64,000 nt of DNA from Octopus vulgaris (Eukaryota), in assembly GCA_951406725.2 (NCBI GenBank), contig OX597823.1, positions 19,964,001 through 20,028,000 on the forward strand, given 5' to 3'. This document shows, piece after piece, positions 53,300 to 64,000 of the stretch. Position 1 is the stretch's first letter, and each line of letters starts with the position of its first letter. A program made the translations under genes and the position numbers. The notes beneath the pieces are model-generated. The model was not told where the DNA came from. It was given only the letters and a program-made list of their open reading frames with translations, and ran no database searches.

Positions 53300-55020
53300 A
53301 GAGCAACATTATAATTGTACACAGACGAGTCGCTGTATCGTTGAATAGGCTACCAAGTTGGAAAAGCCTCTGAGAAATCCTTGTTGTGTCTGACTTGTCT
53401 GTGCTGATTTGCATGTAGCTGAATAACCATGTTGTGAGGCTATCCTAGTCATCTTTCCTACTCAGAGTATCGGGCGTTTTGATAAGGTGGACAAACATCA
53501 CGCACAGCCCTTATTTAATTTCCTACTCTTATCTTGAAATTGCTTGAGAATAAATTCCTGTCTTTCTGGCTTCTGTTGGCTCTGAATCAGCTCTGAGCAC
53601 TAATCTGTTAAGGAGAGCTTTTACAAAGACTTTTCCTTAGACCGTAGAGTTATCCCGCTGAAGTTAGAGCAGTAGGAACTTTGCCCACAATAGCATAATC
53701 ATTGCAATACGAAGTACTGTTAGCAGCAAAGAACTAATGGCATTTGGTGTGCAGTGCTGAGTCCTCATTTTTTTTCATTTTTCTTGTGGAATTTCATTAA
53801 CTAGTTGACTCTAGTTGCCAGCAAGAATCATATTTCTTGGAATGTTTCCTCTCTTTGCTTGGGTTTGAAATGAAAACAGTTTTCAGTGAACAAGACTATG
53901 ATCCATATGCCGCTCCTCATTAGACAAATACCACGCAGAAGGGCCAAAATAAGTCTATGAAGCACCAATGCGTGGACTGAAGATGCACCCATCACTTTTC
54001 AGATTGTTATCCTGATGGAAAATGACGAGGAGGTGCGGTTTCGTGTAAAACTCTAACAGAAAGACCTGTTGTCGCTGTGGTTTTCAGCATCATGCTTGCT
54101 AAGTTCACTTTCGTAGGTTCTTGATTCGCAGCTTGCACTGATACGATGTTGACACGAATTATGATCTTGCCGACCACCAGTTAGCTGCGGCCGAAGTAGC
54201 ACAAATCAATATCAGACTTGTCCTTTCTTTAGAATTTGCTTGAAGAGTGGCGGTGCGAGCGCTAAAAGGTGAAGTATATTGCTTGACTCAAATTGGAAGA
54301 TGCGGTCGGAGTGATCTTTTGATAGGTTTTCAAGCCTGGAAGTAATGGAATACGTGATAAAACCACCGTCAGAAAAGCATCTTCCAATTTTTAGCTTGCT
54401 GGACAAATAGAGAGAGCAACCGGACTATGTTCTTGAAGGCTGGTTTTCTATAGGAAGCGGAGTTCTCTATGAGTAGCGTTTAAAATTTATTCACAGCTAG
54501 AACATAGCAACGTTCTAGGTAAGCCATTGCTTTCTGTGTCAAGAATATTTCTGATTATTTTGCACGCAAATTTTATTTCTTGGACACTGTGTGAGGCACT
54601 CGCGTGCCTTTCTTTTCCTTGTTGCTCGACCGTGTTTCGGAATGCCCATTGACCACATGCAACCAAAAGAGGTGGTGAAAACAATATTTAGTTATACCAA
54701 CTTTTCTAAGTGTTTCTTGTGAGAAGGGCTGCAGTTAAAAAAGAGCACTTTGCGGTTTAGGATTCTGCTAACAACCTAAACACCTGAACTACCTGCATAC
54801 GGAGTCCAAACAGGGGTTTACAATGGTCTCATACACCTACCATTTTCGCCACTTTGTTCTCACTTCAGAATTACATACGGGGTGGATGACTGGAGACGGT
54901 GGGGGTGTCCTTTGGCTAGTACAATGGATTAAAATATGTGATACGCAATCTGTTCAGTAGTGGCCTTAATATTTACATCCGGGTGTTATCAACCATAGTC
55001 TACAAATAAAGGGACGGTGA
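53300..55020 (-). pseudogene. Possible highly degraded RTE-type LINE remnant
   Basis: Non-microsatellite block of higher GC with faint RT-like words (LFVDY, FSPPLL) and a C-terminal C/H remnant. Many stop codons. Confidence 0.3.
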
Positions 55021-55616
55021 CTGCGGGACCCTCGAGCTTAAGGTGTTACGCAAGGTAGATGGTCTGACGAGATAGATGGTCTAACGAGCAACATTAACTC
55101 AGGTTTAGAGTCAAAGTTGTCATTTTGAGCTGGTTAAAAAAAAAGTTAGTTGGGTCGGTTTCCCGGTGGGATGGGCCGCCCGACCGTCAAAGGATTACTC
55201 ATTTTTGCCAGCTGAGTGGACTGGAGCAACGAGAAATGAAGAGTTTTGCTCAAGAACACAACGCGTCGGCCAGTCCGGGAATCGAAACCAGAATCTTACA
55301 ATCATGAGCCCAGTACCTTAACCACTAAGCCACGCACCTTCAATTTTGAATTAGTGGCCAACCAAGGACGATGACTCCGGACACTCGGTCTCACTATGAT
55401 ACAGCAAATTTTGTAGAAAGGAGGGAAAAAAACCAACCAGAAAAGGAAACTGCACGAGTAGTGAAGAAGTAGAAACCGTTTCCACTGATTTCCCGACTTC
55501 ATGTCTAACAAGCCAGACAGAGAACACGCGACTTTCAAACAGGGAAAGGCGAGAGAGAGAGAGAGAGAGAGAGACGATATATTTCGTGTGCACTTTTCTT
55601 GGCTGAGCGGGACATT

Positions 55617-56508
55617 ACACACACACACACACACACACGTACGTACGTATGATGCTATGTTTATGTACATACGTGCGTATATATATATATGTGTGTGTGT
55701 GTCTTGTATATGCGTCTGTGTGTATATATACGTACATGTATGTACGTATGTATGTATGTATGTATGTATGTATGTATGTATGTATGTGTGTGTATGTATG
55801 TATGTATGTATGTGTGTATGTATGTATGTATGTATGTATGTATGTATGTATGTATGTGTGTATGTATGTATGTGTGTATGTATGTATGTATGTATGTATG
55901 TATGTATGTATGTATGTGTGTATGTGTGTATGTATGTATGTATGTATGTATGTGTGTATGTATGTATGTGTGTGTGTATGTATGTATGTATGTATGTGTG
56001 TGTGTGTGTATGTATGTATGTGTGTATGTATGTATGTATGTATGTATGTATGTATGTGTGTATGTGTGTATGTATGTATGTATGTATGTATGTATGTATG
56101 TATGTATGTATGTGTGTGTGTATGTATGTATGTATGTATGTGTGTGTGTGTGTATGTATGTATGTGTGTATGTATGTATGTATGTATATATGTATCTATG
56201 TATGTATGTGTGTATGTATGTATGTATGTATGTATGTATATATGTATGTATGTATGTGTGTATGTATGTATGTATGTGTGTATGCATGTATCTATGTATG
56301 TATGTATGTATGTATGTATGTGTATGTATGTGTGTATGTACCTATGTATGTATGTATCACCCACTCAGCATGCCTTCTTTTCACGCTTTTTTTTTCCGCC
56401 AAACATCCACCCAGCCAGCAAACACGGGTACTTAACACTCTTTTCTCTCAACTTGGGTCCGCATGTACCGAGTTATGCATGTGTACATATGTTTTAAGTT
56501 TTTATGAC

Positions 56509-56582
<74 letters not shown>

Positions 56583-56634
56583 CACATATAGTTATATATA
56601 TATATATATTTATATACATATATACATGTATAGT

Positions 56635-56665
<31 letters not shown>

Positions 56666-56925
56666 AGTATGTATATATATGTATATATATATATATATGT
56701 ATATATATGTATATATATATATATATATATGTATAGGTTTGTTTATGTATATGCACACGCACACACATGCATATACAGATATATGACTATGTACATGCTG
56801 TATGTGTATATGTGTGTATGTGTGTATGTTTGTGTGTATGTATGTGTGTGTATGTGTGTGTGTGCGTGTGTGTATGTGTGTATGTGTGTGTGTGTGTGTG
56901 TATGTTTGTATGTGTGTATGTATGT

Positions 56926-56995
<70 letters not shown>

Positions 56996-57397
56996 GTGTG
57001 TGTGCGTTCCGTCACGAGAGTTGGGTGGATACCAATATTATGAACATAACCATAAAACCAGATGCCCGGGTGGGTGAAGAGGGTAGTAGAGAGGCTGGAT
57101 TGTGCTGGTGGGGGTGATAGCGGGGTGGAACAGATATGAGGACAGGGTGTAGAGTAAAGGTGGCGATAGCGGGTAGGTGGTGGTGGTGATGGTGGTGGGC
57201 TGCTTTTGAGGCTGATGTAATGGGGCTGTTGGGAAACAATGTGGTGTTGGCGGTGTTTGAAGTGTTTATTGTAGAAGATTAGCGAATTAGGATAAGCCTT
57301 CTGTGTGTGAGTGTGTTTGTATATGTCTCTGTGTGCTTGTGTGTCTGCGTGTGTGTATGTATGCGCGTGTGAATGTGAGAATGTGTGTATGTATGTG

Positions 57398-57442
<45 letters not shown>

Positions 57443-57545
57443 GTGCGTGTGTGTGTGTGTGTGTAAGCATATTCTTAAATATACCCATCTCGGACAAGGA
57501 CAACCTGGAGTAACTCATATAAGTGCGTGTGTATATGTAAATATA

Positions 57546-57579
<34 letters not shown>

Positions 57580-57580
57580 G
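55617..57580. repeat. Compound microsatellite field (TATG/TG/TA)
   Basis: Directly visible. Confidence 0.95.
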
Positions 57581-58510
57581 GCGTAGGAGTGGCTGTGTGG
57601 AAAGTAGCTTGCTTACGAACCACATGGTTCCGGGTTCAGTCCCACTGCGTGGCACCTTGAGCAAATGTTTTCTACTATAGCCTCGGGCCGACAAGGTAGA
57701 CGGAAACCGAAAGAAGCCCGTCGTACATATGTATATATGTATATGTATGTGTGTGTGTATATGTTTGTATATCTGTGTTTGTACCCCACCCCACCCCAAC
57801 ATCGATTGACAACCGATGCTGGTGTGTTTAAGCGGTTCGGCAAAAGAGACCGATAGAATAAGTACTAGAATAAATCCTGAGGTCGATTTGTTCGACTAAA
57901 GGCGGTGCTCCAGCATGGCCACAGTCAAATGACTGAAGCAAGTAAAAGAGTAAAAGAGATATACTTTACACACACACACACATATATATTTGTATATGCA
58001 CGTGTGTGCGTGTGCATATACACACACACACACCTATACATACATATATATACATCCTATACATACATACATATATATGCACACGCACACACGTGCATAT
58101 ACAAATATATATGTGTGTGTGTAAAGTATATCTCTTTTACTCTTTTACTTGCTGAAGTCATTTGACTGTGGCCATGCTGGAGCACCGCCTTTAGTCGAAC
58201 AAATCGACCTCAGGATTTATTCTAGTACTTATTCTATCGGTCTGTTTTGCCGAACCGCTTAAACACACCAGCATCGGTTGTCAATCGATGTTGGGGTGGG
58301 GGTGGGGGGACAAACACAGATATACAAACATATACACACACACATACATATACATATATACATATATACGACGGGCTTCTTTCGGTTTCCATCTACCTTG
58401 GTCGGCCCGAAGCTATAGTAGAAGAAACTTGCCCAAGGTGCCACGCAGTGGGACTGAACCCGGAACCATGTGGTTCGTAAGCAAGCTACTTTTCACACAG
58501 CCGCTCCTAC

Positions 58511-58513
<3 letters not shown>
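57580..58513. repeat. Near-perfect inverted duplication containing a family B SINE plus flank
   Basis: Arms 57580-58020 and 58073-58513 share private deletions and the non-SINE flank. Confidence 0.92.
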
Positions 58514-58547
<34 letters not shown>

Positions 58548-58551
<4 letters not shown>

Positions 58552-59353
58552 TTAGATAAAACTTAGATAAAACTTAGATATGTTTCGACCAGAGATTGGT
58601 CCAGGCCATGTCTAACTTAATAGCACCACCTGATAGGATTATTCGAATCCTGTTTAAGTCAAGTTTTGTTCAAGTAGTGAGTTCTTGTTGGGTGAGTTGT
58701 ATCCAGTTTTGTTCAAGTAGTGAGTTCTTGTTGGGTGAGTTGTATCCAATTATGGGTGGCTTGTCTGGTATTCTTTGAAGGAATCTATCCAGACTCTGTT
58801 TGAAGTTGATGGGATCCTTTTCCTCTTTGATCTCCCTCGGGACAATGTTAAATAGGGCAGGGCCTGTTGAGGAAAAGAAATTATGTTGCAGTGTACATGT
58901 ATGTTGTGATCTTGAATTTGGCAGGGGACGTATAGCCCGTGGTCCAAGTCTCGGATGAACCTTGAAGCTAATGTTTAGGTCGTTTGGGCAAAGTTGGCGG
59001 TATATTTTCCACATCGTACAAATGATGTACCGATCACGGCGACGCTGGAGGGAGTAAAGTTTCAAGGCTTTAAGGCGATCCCAATAGTCGAGAGCAGCCA
59101 TGCCTTCAATTTGTTTAGTGAGAGCCCTCTGGGGTGACTCAATTCTGGAGATGTTTTGTCTTGTGTGAGGAGACCACAGTGGGCAGCAGTATTCAAGGTG
59201 TGGCCGTACAAAGGATGAAAAAAGTGGTATGATGACACCTTGTTCTCTGGACCGGAAAGTTCTTAAGATCCAGGAACTCATCCTACGAGCTGTATCGACC
59301 TTCTTGTTGATGTGTGCGCTCCAACTGAGATCGTCATCAACAATTACACCCAG
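58548..59353 (-). mobile_element. 3' part of the same LINE: ORF2 C-terminus, 3' UTR and tandem-repeat tail
   Basis: Minus frame reads LGVIVDDDLSWSAHI..VRPHLEYCCPLWSP..LYSLQRRR..FKQSLDRFLQRIPDKP, the natural continuation of the plus-strand RT. Tail (AAACTTAGATA)x3 at 58548-58580. Confidence 0.93.
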
Positions 59354-59535
59354 GGCAGCACTTTGAAACCATTGTCACCGACACATGCTCTAAACACGCT
59401 CCCAAGAAATCTACTAACACAAACAGAAACCGGCTCCCTAAAAAGAAAAAAACACTCATCAGGCGCATCAAAAGACTCAACAAAAAAATCAACCAATTAA
59501 AATATTCCCACACGCAACATCCACATTCAACAACA

Positions 59536-60765
59536 ATGAAAAGACTAGAGCTGGAAAAACTTCATCTGCAGACTAACATGAAAACCTCCATTGAAAATCA
59601 AAGAGCTGTGGAGGAACAATGGGTAATCAAAAACATCAAACAGAACCCAAAAGTGTTCTATTCTTATGCAAATAAGCATAGAACCACTGTCTCACCTATT
59701 GGGCCATTGATTGATGAAAACGGCATTCCCCAACACGATGCTAAAGAAATGGCAGAAATACTGCAGAAACAATATTGCTCTGTCTTCAGTGTTCCCACTG
59801 ATATTGATGTGAGGGAAACGAACGAAGCTGACTCCCAACACAAAATCGCAGACATAACCTTCACTGCCACCGACATCGTAGCAGCAATAAATGAGGTCAA
59901 ACATTACTCCGCTGTAGGCCCTGATAGATTTCCCGCCAGTCTCCTGAAGGAATGTAGATATCAACTTGCAGTCCCTCTGACCAACCTCTGGAGAAACTCG
60001 TTAGACGCAGGTTATATACCGAAAAAGTTTCTATCCCAGTCGGTCATCCCGGTTTTCAAACAGGGAAACAGATCCCTCGCAGTCAACTATCGCCCAATCT
60101 CACTCACCTCCCACATCATTAAAGTGTTTGAAAGAGTGTTAAGATCAAGGATAGCTGACTTCCTGGAGACCCACAAACTCCTAAATTCAAATCAACATGG
60201 CTTTCGCTGTGGCAGGGACTGTCTAACACAGCTCTTACACCACATTGAAGATGTACTCAAAGCCTTGGGAACAGGTTCGAACTCTGACGTCATATACCTT
60301 GACTTCAGTAAAGCGTTCGACAGGGTAGACCATAACATCCTACTCTCAAAATTGGCAAATTTTGGAATCCGTGGAAAAGTTCTACACTGGATTCAGTATT
60401 TCCTAGCGAATAGAACACAACATGTTGTAGTTGATGGAGTCCACTCAAACCCAGCAAAAGTCACCAGCGGTGTTCCCCAGGGAACTGTTTTGGGTCCGCT
60501 ACTCTTCATAATTTATGTAAACGACCTTTCCAGTGTCGTACATCACTGCAAAGTGAAAATATTCGCTGATGACACTAAGCTCCAGCAAATCGTCAATGAA
60601 GAAGCAGACCGAACTCAACTCCAGTCTGACCTATATGCTGTGAGTCAATGGGCAGACAGAAACAAAATGCAACTGAATGAGGGAAAATTTGAGCTGATGC
60701 ATTTTGGAAGAAATTCCTCACTAAAACAACCATACTCTCTTCCTTCAGGGGAACCGCTCACAGCC
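59536..60765 (+). CDS. Reverse transcriptase region of a CR1-group (APE-type) LINE ORF2; inverted 5' segment of the insertion
   Basis: Open frame with GPD, YRPISLTSH, QHGFR, YLDFSKAFD, SGVPQGTVLGPLLF, FADD and KFELMHFG motifs. LINE sequence ends at ...SGEPLTAS where it runs into (CT)n(TA)n. Confidence 0.95.
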
Positions 60766-61222
60766 TCTCTCTCTCTCTCTATATATATATACATATGTTG
60801 GTTTTGGCACAAGGCCAGCGTGAGACAATTACATTGACACCAGTATTCAACTGGTACTTATTTTATTGGCCCTGAATGGATGAAAGGTAAAGTCGACCTT
60901 GGTAGAATTTGAACTCACAAGCTAAAGACAAACGAAATGCTGATTAGCATTTTCCCCGGCGTTCTAACGATTCTGCTAGCTTGCCGCCTTTTTATAAATA
61001 CACATAGACACACACACATATACACACAAACGCACACACACACATACACACATATACATATACGTACATGCAAACCAATGATGTTATATATGTATACATA
61101 TATATATACACATACACATAGATAGATATATATGTGTATACACGCATACACGCGCGCACACAGACATATCTATACGTATATGTATATGTATATATATGTG
61201 TATTGTGTATATATGTATATAC

Positions 61223-61258
<36 letters not shown>

Positions 61259-61364
61259 CTGTGTATATATATTTATCTGTATATGAGTGTGAATGTTAAC
61301 ATATATATTTATATATAGGTTATATATAAATATATATTTTCAAGTATACATTTCTCTATGCATG

Positions 61365-61401
<37 letters not shown>

Positions 61402-61452
61402 TATGTATATACATATAAGCGTGTATATATATGTATATACATATATACATAC

Positions 61453-61503
<51 letters not shown>

Positions 61504-62067
61504 AATTTATATACACCTATATATATCTATATATGTGCACACACACACACACATGCATATATATATATATAAATACACGCACTCATATATGCATGAATAT
61601 GTTTGAAGAAATAAGCTGGAGAAATATATGTGTGTAGATGTGTACATGTATATGTATGCGGGGTGTGTGCGTTTCCTGTTTTCCTCTCTAGTGATCACAT
61701 GACATCACCTTTAACACAATTCTTTCTTTTCGTCATTATTTCGTGTTTTGTTGTTTTTCATTGTTATTGCACATTGTTATGTTGTTGTTGGTTTTGTTGT
61801 TTTTCTTTGTTATTGAGATTCTGCGCTGTTATATAATACACTTTAGTTAGTCGCTCTTGTAATGTCCATTAAACAGTTTTTTTTTGTACGTATGTGTGTG
61901 TGTTTGGGTGTGTGTGTAAGCGTGTGTAAGTATAGGTACATATATATGTATGTTTACACACATATAATTATATATATATATGTGTGTGTGTATGCGTGCG
62001 TATGAATATATATAAATATATGTATACATATATATTTTCATATATACATATATATATATATATATAC

Positions 62068-62128
<61 letters not shown>

Positions 62129-62157
62129 CTAAACTGGCAAAATGACCATTCCGAAAT

Positions 62158-62196
<39 letters not shown>

Positions 62197-62306
62197 CCTG
62201 CTCGCTTAGCCAGCGGGTTGGCGTCGTTCGATGGCTAAAACAATGCGAACGCATTGTGACCAGCGATGTGTGTAGCAACATCTGAGGGTCTGGTCGGTCA
62301 CGTGAT

Positions 62307-62353
<47 letters not shown>

Positions 62354-62357
62354 CATA

Positions 62358-62414
<57 letters not shown>

Positions 62415-62916
62415 TCATACATTCATACATTCTCATGCCTTAATCTGTAACTGTCGAAATCTTGTCAACTGCCCAAAGGAGGATTCTGTCCATTAAAAGC
62501 TATGGTCTTTAGAGTCGCCCTGACAGCATCAGGTGGCATTCGGAGACATTACACGAGCATGACAGCAATTGATTTCAAGAAAAGTTTTATGTAACATATA
62601 CACTCCTTCAGGTATAGGGCAAGGAAAATTTCCTCATCAGGAGATTTCGAGACCGAGGAAATAGATTTCCTAGCATCAAATGGAGTTCGTTGTTACTACC
62701 TGCACTTCAGTAAGAAACTGCATATACCCGATAGTCTGCATATCTTATCAGCAGGAAAGGTAATACATATTATTGTGGTTATCAATGATACGCCATGTTA
62801 ATGAACTTCGAAATAATGATCACTGATAACCTTGATAAACCACCCTTGTTCTAGCTGGGCCTTGCATACCAACACTAATGCAAAGTATACAACCCTGGTT
62901 TGCCAATAGGTAGATT

Positions 62917-63338
62917 GGCGAGCTGGCAGAAACGTTAGCACGCCGGGCGAAATGCTTAGCGGTATTTCGTCTGCCGTTACGTTGTGAGTTCAAATTCCGC
63001 CGAGGTCGACTTTGCCTTTCATCCTTTCGGGGTCGATAAATTAAGTACCAGTTACGCACTGGGGTCGATGTAATCGACTTAATACCTATGTCTGTCCTTG
63101 TTTGTCCCCTCTGTATTTAGCCCCTTGTGGGTAATAAAGAAATAGAAATAGGTATTTCGTCTGCCGTTACGTTGTGAGTTCAAATTCCGCCAAGGTCGAC
63201 TTTGCCTATCATCCTTTCGGGGTCGATAAATTAAGTACCAGTTACGCACTGGGGTCGATGTAATCGACTTAATACCTATGTCTGTCCTTGTTTGTCCCCT
63301 CTGTGTTTAGCCCATTGTGGGTAATAAAGAAATGGGTA
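62917..63338 (+). mobile_element. SINE family A dimer
   Basis: TSD ggtagattg (62909-62917 / 63335-63343). Confidence 0.9.
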
Positions 63339-63704
63339 GATTGCTTCTACTCCGCGTTTTATCATCAGAGCCTGTTACCACCCAGTTAAAATTACTCCGC
63401 ATAGATATACTTGACAAGCAAACTGACCTGTAGCCTGACATAACCAAGCAGGTTACCCACCCACGTTACTGATTTCTCAAATTCTACGGATCACTGAGTA
63501 TCCGGTGTCAATAGACTCTCTCCTCTACCACGTGGAGCGCATACCAACTGTTGCAGATTTGTCAGTAGGCCATGCGACCTGAATGAATCAGTGGAGGTCC
63601 AAGATATTCCTATTGAGAAGCTATTTAAAAATTCTTTTTAATTTCTTTTCTTTCCGTGTCTCTACATCTGCGGATGTAGGCGTGCATTTACGTCAGCGAA
63701 GCCA

Positions 63705-63758
63705 ATAGTAGTGGTGGTAGAGGGGATGATGGTGGTAGCTGTGGTGATTGTGATGGTG

Positions 63759-63801
<43 letters not shown>

Positions 63802-63923
63802 GAATAGTAGAAGTAGTAGTAATAGTAGTAATAGTAATAGTAGTAGTAGTAGTGGTGTTGGTGGTAGTAGTAGTAGTAGGAATAGTAGTAGTAGTAACAG
63901 CAATAGTAGTAGTAACAGCAACA

Positions 63924-63980
<57 letters not shown>

Positions 63981-64000
63981 ATAGTAGTAGTAGTGGTGTT
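63705..64000. repeat. Degenerate (GTA/GGT)n tract
   Basis: Directly visible. Confidence 0.95.

Noticed and set aside
55501-57117. Long ORFs (up to 388 aa) of YVCM/HTYI repeats; likewise 15208-16410 and 33297-34076
   Set aside because: Translations of stop-free microsatellites, open in several frames and on both strands.
58662-58747. 43-bp tandem duplication at the LINE ORF2 end
   Set aside because: Real, but an ordinary slippage event inside the LINE.

Overview
AT-rich, microsatellite-saturated eukaryotic intergenic or intronic DNA. The SINE families and repeat style suggest an octopus/coleoid cephalopod genome (inference, not a database result). No host protein-coding gene can be supported; nearly all listed ORFs are translations of (TA)n, (CA)n, (TATG)n or (TCTA)n. 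Recognisable content: (1) at least four modular tRNA-derived SINE families, one forming head-less multimers; (2) a CR1-group LINE with intact RT motifs and a 5' inversion (58548-60765); (3) two decayed Tc1/mariner transposons and several MITEs, including an 8-bp-TSD family carrying telomere-like repeats; (4) a foldback of about 30-bp TTCCAGGAA-containing units (46141-48005); (5) a 28S rRNA fragment. The most notable signal is a set of short non-coding elements inserted in (TA)n tracts. They have partial inverted termini and carry minimal type I hammerhead ribozyme motifs with palindromic stem III, including a U3-A8 covariant core, consistent with Penelope-like or retrozyme-like elements.
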